The position numbers and the translations under genes are program-made. Under the pieces are notes generated by a model, which was given only the letters and a program-made list of their open reading frames with translations, did not search any database and was not told the DNA's origin. Source: Bacillota bacterium (GTDB taxonomy: Bacteria > Bacillota > DTU025). Taken from it: 64,000 nt of DNA. The DNA is taken from positions 1-64,000 of the forward strand of contig JBMNJT010000007.1 of assembly GCA_050951805.1 (NCBI GenBank), in the 5' to 3' direction. Positions 29,456 to 38,165 of this stretch are shown one piece after another (position 1 is the stretch's first letter; each line of letters opens with the position of its first letter).

Positions 29456-31547
29456 ATCGAGTAGGGTGGCGCCAGGTAATCAGCCTGGCGTCATCCCTCT
29501 CACAGAACCGTGCGTACGGGCCCCGTACACGGCTCCTGGCAAACCTTAGTCACTTCGCTTCATAGAAGAGATGCAAGACGCCGACCTCATACTTCGTGAG
29601 GTCAATCAGTCCTATCTCACTGAACCAAGCCTGAGGAAGCGCCATGTTGACCAGAGGACTTGCCGAGTTCCTCCATCGTCTCATGGATATCTTCAGGAAT
29701 TCGCCTGAGTAGCCTCGCCTTCGAAGTGCTTTATGCAGGCCCCTCCAGCTCTTCCACTCCCTCATCTGCTTCATCCTCAGACGCCGCCTTATCCACCCCA
29801 TCAGGCTGGCTACTATCGTCTTGCAGTTCGCAATTCGAAAGTAGTTGATCCATCCACGAAGGAATCGGTTCAGTCGCTTCACCATCTGCTCAACACTCAT
29901 CCCATGATTGCGGGGAGTCAGCTTGCGGACGGCGTCCTTGAACTTCGCCAGCTTCTTGGGGTGTATGCTTACTACCTTAGGGTATATGACAAACCCAAGG
30001 TAGGGCACTCCCTTATAGACGCTGGTTATGTGCGTTTTATCCCTGTTCACAACGAGCTTTAACTCGCCCTCAAGGATCTCGCACGCTATCTCCAAGAACT
30101 TTTCCGCCTGTCGCCTTGTCCGCGCAAAGATGAGTATATCGTCAGCGTACCTCACTATCCTGATGTCCTTTGACTTCATCTTTTGATCAAAGTAGTCAAG
30201 ATAGATGTTGGCAAGAAGAGGCGATATTACTCCGCCTTGCGGACTGCCTATGGTTGTTTCCTCCCAGGCCCCGTCTTTCATGACTCCTGCTTCAAGGAAC
30301 TTCCGGATCAGCTTAAGTATGCTTCCGTCGCTGACCTTTCGGTTCACAGACTCAATGATCAGGTCATGATCGAGTCGGTCAAAGCATTTTGACAAGTCCA
30401 TGTCCACTACGTGCTTGAGACCGTAGCGATTAATGAACCTCTCTGCCTTTGCCACTGCTTGATGACAGGATCGCCCGGGTCGGTACCCATAGCTCGATGG
30501 ATGGAATTCGGGGTCGAAGATTGGCTGAACCACATTGAGCAGCGCTTGCTGCACTACTCTGTCGCCAACGGTGGGTATGCCAAGAGGCCTTTTGCTTCCG
30601 TCTGGCTTCGGTATCTCTACCCGCCGCACCGGACTTGGTTCGTAAGATCCTGATCTGAGCTCCTGATAAATCTCTGCCAGCCTGGCTTCCAGGTTCTCGC
30701 CGAAGGCGTCCACGGTCTCACCGTCTATCCCGGGAGCCCCGTTGTTGGCCCTTACGGCCCTGTATGCAGCTCTAAGGTTATCCATCCGGTAAACCTTATC
30801 GATCAAGCTGTAGTGTTTCATCAATTAGCTCCTTCATCTCGCCGTGCTTCCTTGGCCATCAAGCTTGCATGGTTGCAGTTTCTTCCCAAGGCTTGCGAGG
30901 CGTCTCTAGCTCTAAGGCAATCTACCCCGCGAAACTTTGATACTCTGCTGAGCGGGCGCAGGGACCAGCAGACTCGTCGCCCCCGGCTCCCCCGTTCCCA
31001 TCGGCATTTCAGCCTCTGTTATCTCTCTCCCATGCTTGCCTGTAACTAGGTTGCACGCTTTGGTTTGCCTTCGTCCCTTCGCAACTGCATAGGCTTTTGG
31101 CCAATGCAGCCCAGCAGCTCCCGGCCGCTGTCCCCTCAGTTTTATCCTCCGGTCTGTTGCCAGCTTTCATGGGCTGAGGGTTCATAACTACTACGGACTC
31201 ATCTGCCACCCCACACCACATATTCCCATCCTTGCGTCTCCGCTTGTTTGGGCTTACCAGCTATCTGGATGATGCAGGGCTTCCCCGGTTAAGTTTGTCT
31301 GCCTGAACACGAACCCGTCCGTCAAAACCCCCCAGGTTATCCAGCTTTCGGGCTTTCCCATACTTCGCAAGGTTACCCACCTGACAGGCCAACTTCGGTT
31401 CGCTTTCGCTACGTTCCGTGTTCCCCCTTAAAGCTTCCTTCAGACCCCGCCGTTACCAGCGACGCCCTTGCCTTGGGGTTGTCTTCCCGCTGGTTAGGTG
31501 ACAGGACTTCTTTCAGTCCATCGGCTCAACAAACATGCCGGGCGAAC
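29456..31547 (-). mobile_element. group II intron, class C-like, full length (copy 2, 2092 nt)
   Basis: Near-identical reverse complement of 21996-24087; its 3' end directly abuts the 5' end of copy 3. Confidence 0.95.
29550..30824 (-). CDS. ltrA: group II intron reverse transcriptase/maturase
   Basis: Protein identical to 22719..23993. Confidence 0.96.
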   Translation of the reverse strand: MMKHYSLIDKVYRMDNLRAAYRAVRANNGAPGIDGETVDAFGENLEARLAEIYQELRSGSYEPSPVRRVEIPKPDGSKRPLGIPTVGDRVVQQALLNVVQPIFDPEFHPSSYGYRPGRSCHQAVAKAERFINRYGLKHVVDMDLSKCFDRLDHDLIIESVNRKVSDGSILKLIRKFLEAGVMKDGAWEETTIGSPQGGVISPLLANIYLDYFDQKMKSKDIRIVRYADDILIFARTRRQAEKFLEIACEILEGELKLVVNRDKTHITSVYKGVPYLGFVIYPKVVSIHPKKLAKFKDAVRKLTPRNHGMSVEQMVKRLNRFLRGWINYFRIANCKTIVASLMGWIRRRLRMKQMREWKSWRGLHKALRRRGYSGEFLKISMRRWRNSASPLVNMALPQAWFSEIGLIDLTKYEVGVLHLFYEAK

Positions 31548-31552
31548 AAAGA

Positions 31553-31578
31553 GGCGGTGCGGCCTCAGTCGCACCGCC
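31553..31578 (-). terminator. intercistronic stem-loop after the SBP gene; target of intron copies 2/3
   Basis: Minus strand GGCGGTGCG-ACTGAGGC-CGCACCGCC-TCTTT, then the intron 5' end. Confidence 0.7.
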
Positions 31579-31608
31579 GCGGTCAGGGTGTTTATTCACG
31601 ACACGCAC

Positions 31609-32589
31609 CTATTTGAACATTATTTTCTCGAAGGTCTCCCTTATAGCAGACGCGTTATCAGCCGCCCATTGGAATGGAACGGGCATCATCTTTATTTTAT
31701 CTGCCGTAGGCATTCCCTTCGGAGGAGCTACATCTGGCCTCACTGGTATCACACCATCATTGACCAATAGCTCCTGCCCCTTCTTCGAGAGAGTGAAGTC
31801 TACAAATGCCTTGGAGGCCTCAAGATTCTTTGACCCAGCAACTATCGCTACCGGACTCGGAATTGAGACCGCACCGTCGGCAGGCCAGACAAAATCAACC
31901 GGCGCTCCCGACTTCTGAAGGTCATAAATCATGTAGTCCAGCACCATGCAGGCTGCAAATTCGCCAGCAGCCAAACCTCTCGAAACATCTGAATTGCCCC
32001 TGAGAACCTGTATTCCAGATTTTCGCGCTTTCTCGTACCAGCTCCAACCTTTGTCTCTTTGAACAAAAGCCGCTGCAACAGTGAAGTTGGAACCAGAATA
32101 GAGGGGGTCCGCCATTGCGGCGCGAGAACCAAACCCGAGCAAGTCATCCCAAGTCTTTGGCTCGGATCCTTTCTTGACTAAATTGGTGTTTATTCCAATT
32201 ACCATGTTAATCATGCGAGCGCCTGTAAAGTATCCGTCAGGGTCCTTGATTGCTGAAGGAATGCGGGCGGCTTCCGGCGATTTGTACGGATATAGCAAGC
32301 CCTTGTCCTTGAATGCGTAGTAGCTTGCAGCATCAGCCAGCCATATTACGTCGGCCCTTATACCGCCAGCATCAGCCTCAGCCCATATCTTGTTGACCAC
32401 ATCAGTGCTTCCAGCTCGAAAAACTTCCACCTTGATCCCTTTATTCGCCTTCATGAATTGGTCTGCGAAGTTCGTAGCGAGTTCCAGTGGAACAGACGTG
32501 TAAAGCAGGACCTTCGACTCAGCAAATACACCAGTAGAGATCGACAGCAACAATACCAAAGCCAGGACTATTACACTGCCCCTTTTCAT
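31609..32589 (-). CDS. ABC transporter substrate-binding protein (AfuA/FbpA/PgtC-like)
   Basis: Signal peptide MKRGSVIVLALVLLLSISTGVFA; LLYTS, RAGS, ADVIW, DPLYSGS, AFVDFTLSKKGQ; ATG at 32589 after GAGG. Confidence 0.88.
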   Translation of the reverse strand: MKRGSVIVLALVLLLSISTGVFAESKVLLYTSVPLELATNFADQFMKANKGIKVEVFRAGSTDVVNKIWAEADAGGIRADVIWLADAASYYAFKDKGLLYPYKSPEAARIPSAIKDPDGYFTGARMINMVIGINTNLVKKGSEPKTWDDLLGFGSRAAMADPLYSGSNFTVAAAFVQRDKGWSWYEKARKSGIQVLRGNSDVSRGLAAGEFAACMVLDYMIYDLQKSGAPVDFVWPADGAVSIPSPVAIVAGSKNLEASKAFVDFTLSKKGQELLVNDGVIPVRPDVAPPKGMPTADKIKMMPVPFQWAADNASAIRETFEKIMFK

Positions 32590-32666
32590 GTTCAACCCGC
32601 CTCTCTTTTGATTGGTGGTATACTTGGTTAACCCCCACTCGCGCAGGGGCACGACCAGCGAATCAA

Positions 32667-33998
32667 CTAGTCATGCAACTTGATCTTTCGAGCCACCTTT
32701 AGCACTTCTTCTTCTAGATCGATAGAAGCATCTGTAGGAATAGGCTCATTATCGATATACACGATCTCAAGCCCCTTACGTACCGCCCATTCAGTCACAA
32801 CATCTACTGCAGCAGCCTTGAGTTCAGAGACGATTGCATCAGGCTTCAACGTTTCAAAACGCGCCAGGTCCTCTCGGAGCAGCGGCCTGTTCGAAAGGTG
32901 CGAGCTAACTCCAACAACCTCACATCCATAAGTCTTCTCAAGATAAGCAGATATGGCATCTGTCATCACCGCAGGCGTAGTTAGAGTGAGGACTATTCTC
33001 TTACCGGTAATATCGCCAATCGGGCGAGGTCTGAAAATGGTCTTCACCACCGTGCATCCGGCGTTTATCTCGTGAATGGCTTCTACCATCTCGTCAATCT
33101 TAGCTTGGTCAACCATTGGAGACTCACACATTGTAAGAACAATTAAGTCGGAGGTAAGAATACGATAAGGCCCGAGGTAAGAGCGCATATACTCTACGGG
33201 TTGGTGAGCACCGATGACTAGTATGCGCGCATCCGTGTGCACCGAAGGTATAGATGAACCGCTGCCTTCGAATATGACTATGTCGGCGTCGATCTTTTCC
33301 GACAGTTCAGCACCTCTGTCCACATTTGAGACAAAAGTCTGTCCCGACATCCCGCCTCCACACCGTCGACAGCCGATGGTTGTAACCCTTGAGGTAAGCA
33401 GATCCTCGAAATGGTCAGACGATGCATGGCGCCCTTGTTTGCTAACGGACAACAAATACTCGGGCGTGATCTCAATCTCAGACGCGCTGAGCAGCTCAGG
33501 CTCTGCAGGACCACCCCGCCCCATGGTAACCACGACGGGGTTATACTTCTTCGCCAGCGTCCGCGCGACAAAACCGCCGACAGCAGTCTTTCCGATTCTC
33601 TTCCCGGTTCCTATGACCGAGATACTCGGCCTGCTTACGCGCGCCGCCTCTACAGGAGGAGTGAACTGGAAATCCGCGCCCCGGTAAGCGACACCCTTTG
33701 CAAGCACATTGCTGGCAATCTCAAACCGCTCCTTGTAGCCAACTACAGGCTCGTCGCTAAGATCAACAACCTCATCCGGATCGTATTTGTCTATAGCGGC
33801 TGCGATAGCATGGAGATAGTCATCCTCATGCACTACAGGAACTCCAAGTCTGGCAAGATCAGAATCAGAACCAATCTTCTCAGTGCCGCCAATGAAAACG
33901 GCAGCCAATATGTCGAGCTCCCCCTTGAGCACCTCTATGGCATCATGAGTTACCGCAGGGTAATGCTCACCGTCTGTAAGTACAATAGCTTTCTTCAT
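32667..33998 (-). CDS. cpgS: cyclic 2,3-diphosphoglycerate synthetase
   Basis: DGEHYP, FIGGTEK, DLSDEPV, GTGKRIGKTAV, MGRGGP, HASSDHFED, GCRRCGGG, EGSG, HLSNRPLLR, ELKAAAVDV, all matching the archaeal cDPGS family as recalled. Confidence 0.9.
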   Translation of the reverse strand: MKKAIVLTDGEHYPAVTHDAIEVLKGELDILAAVFIGGTEKIGSDSDLARLGVPVVHEDDYLHAIAAAIDKYDPDEVVDLSDEPVVGYKERFEIASNVLAKGVAYRGADFQFTPPVEAARVSRPSISVIGTGKRIGKTAVGGFVARTLAKKYNPVVVTMGRGGPAEPELLSASEIEITPEYLLSVSKQGRHASSDHFEDLLTSRVTTIGCRRCGGGMSGQTFVSNVDRGAELSEKIDADIVIFEGSGSSIPSVHTDARILVIGAHQPVEYMRSYLGPYRILTSDLIVLTMCESPMVDQAKIDEMVEAIHEINAGCTVVKTIFRPRPIGDITGKRIVLTLTTPAVMTDAISAYLEKTYGCEVVGVSSHLSNRPLLREDLARFETLKPDAIVSELKAAAVDVVTEWAVRKGLEIVYIDNEPIPTDASIDLEEEVLKVARKIKLHD

Positions 33999-34019
33999 AA
34001 TGCTCCACCACCGTTGTTG

Positions 34020-34808
34020 CTAGAATGAAGATGCATTGACAACCATCTCCTTTACCTTGCGCATGTTGGTGAGATCTACATATGTCTTGCACATATCCCC
34101 ACGTATCAGAGACTTTGCATATAGAATTGGTGTGGGCGATTCCGCGTAAGAAATGCGCTCATTGAGCATTGCCAATGCGCCAACTGATTGTCCAAGAAGG
34201 TCAGCTTCTAGGCTACCGAGGAAGACTGGCCGGAAGGTCTCGTCGCTCCTTTTCAGGACAATACCGTATTCATCACGGAGTATCCGAAATAGCGATCTTG
34301 ATAGATCGGCCTCTTCAATGCCGATAGCCACATCGGGGGAGATGAAAGTCGTCTCAATTAGCATTGGAATGCCATCGACTTTTTTCAAGCGTCTGATCCT
34401 TAACACTTCCGAGTCGTCTTCAATGGCCAAATACGCACTGACAAGATTGGAAGCCGCAACCCGGTCTATAGTAAGAACCTCCGCCCAGAATTCGTGTCCA
34501 AGAGCTCGAATTCTGGACGCAAGACGCATTTCGTCGGTGATATAGGTCGTCTCCTTGTACTCCATGGGCCATTGCGGAACTGAAACAAAAGTTCCCTTCC
34601 CTTGTACAGAATAGAGCAGGCCCTCATGAACTAATTCCGAAATGGCCTGCTTAGCTGTTGTAGTGCTTATGTCATAGGTTCCGCACAACTCACGTATTGA
34701 GGGAATGCGCGTCTCGGGCTCCCATTCGCCCGAGACGATCTTCTCCTTGAGCTCTTCTTTAAGCTGATAATACAGGGGAATAAAACTGTCCTTCTTAAGC
34801 ATTGGCAC
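34020..34808 (-). CDS. GntR family regulator, HutC subfamily (UTRA domain)
   Basis: PLYYQL...IPSIREL...VQGKGTFV HTH plus UTRA-type C-terminus; GGAGG precedes GTG 34808 / ATG 34802. Confidence 0.9.
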   Translation of the reverse strand: MPMLKKDSFIPLYYQLKEELKEKIVSGEWEPETRIPSIRELCGTYDISTTTAKQAISELVHEGLLYSVQGKGTFVSVPQWPMEYKETTYITDEMRLASRIRALGHEFWAEVLTIDRVAASNLVSAYLAIEDDSEVLRIRRLKKVDGIPMLIETTFISPDVAIGIEEADLSRSLFRILRDEYGIVLKRSDETFRPVFLGSLEADLLGQSVGALAMLNERISYAESPTPILYAKSLIRGDMCKTYVDLTNMRKVKEMVVNASSF

Positions 34809-34834
34809 GAAAGCCTCCATACCGTAATGGACCT

Positions 34835-34916
34835 TGTAGCATATTGCCAGCTACATTAAGTGTGTGTGTTAACGTGTTATCGCTTACTGTATTTCTACAT
34901 TTCCTAAGCGATTCCT
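34835..34916 (-). promoter_or_regulatory. putative sigmaH-like promoter and inverted-repeat operator of the cpgS operon
   Basis: Minus strand AGGA(34916-34913)-N17-GAAAT; TGTAGC-N9-GCTACA palindrome at about 34835-34855. Confidence 0.4.
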
Positions 34917-34977
34917 CTTTCAAGACCTTCCATTTATACATCCATTAATTACAACAGCCATCTGCTGCCACGCCATG

Positions 34978-35108
34978 CCCATCTTCATTCACAAACCTCT
35001 CGAGCAGCCCATGATCTGCAGTTACAGCAGCTGCATAACCATGTTGAGCCGCCACTAGGTTCACAAGGATGAAGTGCCCGCTATAACCGCTGGCGTTCGC
35101 GGCAGCCA
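34978..35108 (-). repeat. decayed direct-repeat copy of part of the permuted mutase gene
   Basis: 34978-35052 matches 24977-25051 (1 mismatch); 35049-35108 matches 25141-25200 (4 mismatches); 93 nt internal deletion. Confidence 0.9.
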
Positions 35109-35370
35109 AGGTTCATTTACCGAGGAGATGTCTAAGGATATAGGCAATGTGGTTAGAAGCCGTAGAAGGCATCATGGTTAGAGTAAGAACCCTTGAATGG
35201 GTCCGGCAGATACTATTCGTCACCAAGTTGCCCATCGAAGGCGAACAGTCAAAATGTGCGTAGGCTAACCGATACGGGATGGTTCTGTGCAGAGCACGAT
35301 GGAGTGATGGGACTGTTCTTTGCTGGAAAACCTAATTGAAGTAGATCAGAACTAAAGGACGTGAACTCCG

Positions 35371-35742
35371 ATGGAAATCAGGGAGCATGCCATCATACCT
35401 CTCGGCTATGGCAAGTATGTGCGTTCAGACAAGATCATCGCCCTCGATCCTATAGAAGATGAGCGGGGACCCGGTCGGCGTACCAGGGTCTACGTTGACC
35501 AGCTACCCGGCCCATTAATCGCTTCAAGGACCGAGAACTCCATCCTAGCAAGCATCGTCAGGACCCCAACAGAGGTTCTTGAAGCCACAGCCGCCCTTGA
35601 ACTCCTTCAAGATCTTCTAGACGACATAGAACAGATCGGCCCAATGCTGCGGAAGAGCATTAAAGAAGAGGCCGGACTCGACTTGGAGGAACTCGAGCGC
35701 AAGATAAGGGAGATATTAACCCATGAACTGAATGCGGAATGA
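35371..35742 (+). CDS. hypothetical protein, N-terminus weakly RemA/DUF370-like
   Basis: AAGGA RBS, protein-like composition; IPLGYGKYVRSDKIIAL...GRRTR. Confidence 0.65.
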   Translation: MEIREHAIIPLGYGKYVRSDKIIALDPIEDERGPGRRTRVYVDQLPGPLIASRTENSILASIVRTPTEVLEATAALELLQDLLDDIEQIGPMLRKSIKEEAGLDLEELERKIREILTHELNAE

Positions 35743-36033
35743 GCTTGTCACACAACTGCTTTCCGCTACCGGATGCGCCGTAAAACCCACGACTCGCGGT
35801 CACGTTCCGATATCATATTAGCCCGAGAGATGACGTTATGGTTGTTTTTCGGCATGTGTACGTATTTAAGACCCCGTCTTAGATTCATTGGCAAGCTGAT
35901 TTTCCGCTGGCAGCGCAGCTTGCTCGGTCTGTGATCTACTTCTGCGCTGTCTCTGAATTCCCATCACACGATGGCTATTCGAAAGCGCCTAAACACATCG
36001 ACAATAAGACCCGCTGGGGCTGAAAACGAAAAC

Positions 36034-36053
36034 AGCGGGGCCTACTCCCCGCT
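36034..36053 (-). terminator. intrinsic terminator after tRNA-Leu
   Basis: AGCGGGG-N6-CCCCGCT followed by GTTTTCGTTTT on the minus strand. Confidence 0.65.
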
Positions 36054-36062
36054 ACAAATAGC

Positions 36063-36148
36063 TGGTGCCGGAGGCGGGATTCGAACCCGCACGTCCTTGC
36101 GGACAGAGGATTTTAAGTCCCCTGCGTCTGCCTTTCCGCCACTCCGGC
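36063..36148 (-). tRNA. tRNA-Leu(TAA)
   Basis: GCCGGAGTGGCGGAAAGGCAGACGCAGGGGACTTAAAATCCTC...GGTTCGAATCCCGCCTCCGGCACCA; long variable arm, CCA encoded. Confidence 0.96.
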
Positions 36149-36288
36149 CTCGACTTTATTGTCGCAAACAACCTCAAGAAAAGTATACCACGACCGCGCC
36201 CCTTGCGCTACGCACGTAGCCTGCAAAGGATTACCAAAGCCGCCTCCTGCAGACCCATCGAATACAGAAATAGCGCCAAGCTCCGATT

Positions 36289-38034
36289 TCACAACTTGCT
36301 TCCGCAGCGGCCTAACCCGATGCAGGCCGCCATACCATCGAGTATTCCAGCTGCGCTCACCACAACCTCAGCCGCGCCCGCAAGATCCATCACCTCAAGG
36401 ATTATCGCCGCCCCGGCAGGCATCACCCTGGCCCGCTCCGGCTGGATCATCCCTTTCACCTGCATTCTTTCAGCACACGCCAACGAGCACAAGCCAAGAA
36501 ATGCCTCCTCCAACTCTTCCCTGTGCAAAGCGTAGCCATGGACCATGTCCGGATCTAGCGTTTCCAACTCCAAACCGATTGAAGCAAGTGTAACAGCGGA
36601 TCCGCCTACCACGACTATCGTCGATAGAATACCGCCATCCTCCCCGTCCATCGGTAAGCCATGCACAAACTCCCGCGCCCCCTCCAGACAGAACCGAATA
36701 TGCCCACGCATCTGCTCAATCTCCCCCCGCGATGGAGGGTCTGAACAAAGGAACTCGTCTGTCAGGCTCACTGCCCCGAGCGGAAGGCTTATAGATCTTA
36801 CCTCACCCGTGCAAGAATCGAGCCTCGTGAACTCAGTGCTCATGCCCCCGGAATCCACTATCAGCAAGGATCGCGGGTCGATCGCGACGGAAGGCGCAAC
36901 ACTTCCGACCGCAGCTGCTGAACCTGCGCCAGCCACAACGCCCAGAAACGACAATTCGGCCTCAAACTCCGGTGACACAACTTCGAGCCTGACTTCGCAT
37001 GCCTCTTTAACTTGACGGATCAAGGCTTCGGAGTCCTCCGCCGCCCTCGCCGCCGCTGTAGCTGTCACCCATACCCTATCAGCTCCCAGGCTGCGACTGA
37101 GCCCCATAAAGTCGCTAATGGCTTCGACAGTAGCTGCCCGGCCTGCCTCAGACAACCTTCCAGTTTCCCCAAGCCCATGCCCGAGCCCGGTAATCCGGGC
37201 ATCCATGCACACCCCGAAAACCCTTGGAACCCCAACAACGCCAGAATCTCCATATGCTTTCATAATCTTTGAGCAGACGGAGCCGTCAGAACCTGCCGAC
37301 CAATTCGGCCGCGACACTACATCGGCCACAAGCACCTTAGTCGAATTGGAACCGGCATTTATCGCCGCCACCCGCGCCGGAACACATCTCCCCCCGTCAC
37401 ACTCAAGCCATACCCCGGCTTGGCGCAGCCGACTCACGGCCATGTCCCCAACAGGATTGTTATTGCCCGCCATGTAATCCGCAACATGCATGTGGAGGCA
37501 TTTCACCCCTGCAAAGCGCGCCACCCCGCCTATGCCTGTATCTCTGAGAACCCGAAGCATTTTTGGAGCCTCTTTCTCCAGAAACTCCAGATCATCTTCG
37601 CCTATGAGCGCCATCCTTTGCGCAGCATACCTCGTATTGGCACACTCGTGCGCCTTCCGGAAATCTTCATCCCGCTCTATCAGCTCTGCCGCCTCGCCTA
37701 TCATGCCCTCACTTTCCAACACCGATATGGCTTCGCGTACGTGGGGGCATGTAAGCCAGTAGACCGTAGGAAAGGGCTTAGGTTTCACAACCCGCCCCAG
37801 CCCGCCATTGTGCCATATGACGGGGTAGGTCGACACAACCTGTGGTTGCCCGTAAGAACACCGCCGGGGAATTCGAGCAATGCTGCCGATAAGATCTCGG
37901 CCGAGCTGCGCGGCAACGACCGCTCGATCTATGGCCCTAGGCTTTACGAAGTCTTGATGCTCCTCACGCATTTCGGCAGTTCTCCCATGGCCGCCTTCTA
38001 TCGACTTCCCCAGTTTCTTGCTCAACAAACACAC
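36289..38034 (-). CDS. DUF501 domain fused to Ppx/GppA phosphatase
   Basis: N-terminal PFPTVYWLTCP...GIGG...VKCLHMH (DUF501); C-terminal NAGSNST, ATAAARAA, EAELSFLG, DSGGMSTE, SLPLGAV; start uncertain. Confidence 0.85.
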   Translation of the reverse strand: MCLLSKKLGKSIEGGHGRTAEMREEHQDFVKPRAIDRAVVAAQLGRDLIGSIARIPRRCSYGQPQVVSTYPVIWHNGGLGRVVKPKPFPTVYWLTCPHVREAISVLESEGMIGEAAELIERDEDFRKAHECANTRYAAQRMALIGEDDLEFLEKEAPKMLRVLRDTGIGGVARFAGVKCLHMHVADYMAGNNNPVGDMAVSRLRQAGVWLECDGGRCVPARVAAINAGSNSTKVLVADVVSRPNWSAGSDGSVCSKIMKAYGDSGVVGVPRVFGVCMDARITGLGHGLGETGRLSEAGRAATVEAISDFMGLSRSLGADRVWVTATAAARAAEDSEALIRQVKEACEVRLEVVSPEFEAELSFLGVVAGAGSAAAVGSVAPSVAIDPRSLLIVDSGGMSTEFTRLDSCTGEVRSISLPLGAVSLTDEFLCSDPPSRGEIEQMRGHIRFCLEGAREFVHGLPMDGEDGGILSTIVVVGGSAVTLASIGLELETLDPDMVHGYALHREELEEAFLGLCSLACAERMQVKGMIQPERARVMPAGAAIILEVMDLAGAAEVVVSAAGILDGMAACIGLGRCGSKL

Positions 38035-38120
38035 CCCTCACACGCGTCCTTTGCAGTCATCCAAGGGTATCGAAAAATCGTGCAGTGCGGGCTGAAAGGC
38101 TAAATCACACGAAAAGAAAA

Positions 38121-38141
38121 GCACTCCAAAAAGAGGAGTGC
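38121..38141 (-). terminator. intrinsic terminator after yabR
   Basis: GCACTCC-N7-GGAGTGC followed by TTTTCTTTT on the minus strand. Confidence 0.7.
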
Positions 38142-38165
38142 CATATCTTTTATTATGTTTATGGG

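Noticed and set aside
25772-32589. ABC system as a plain ferric iron transporter
   Set aside because: This is a family-level label only; the phosphoglycerate-enzyme context and UTRA regulator argue for a phosphorylated substrate, though iron is not excluded
36063-36090. tRNA-Leu 3' end as the att site of an integrated island carrying cpgS
   Set aside because: I found no duplicated tRNA 3' end and no integrase in the window
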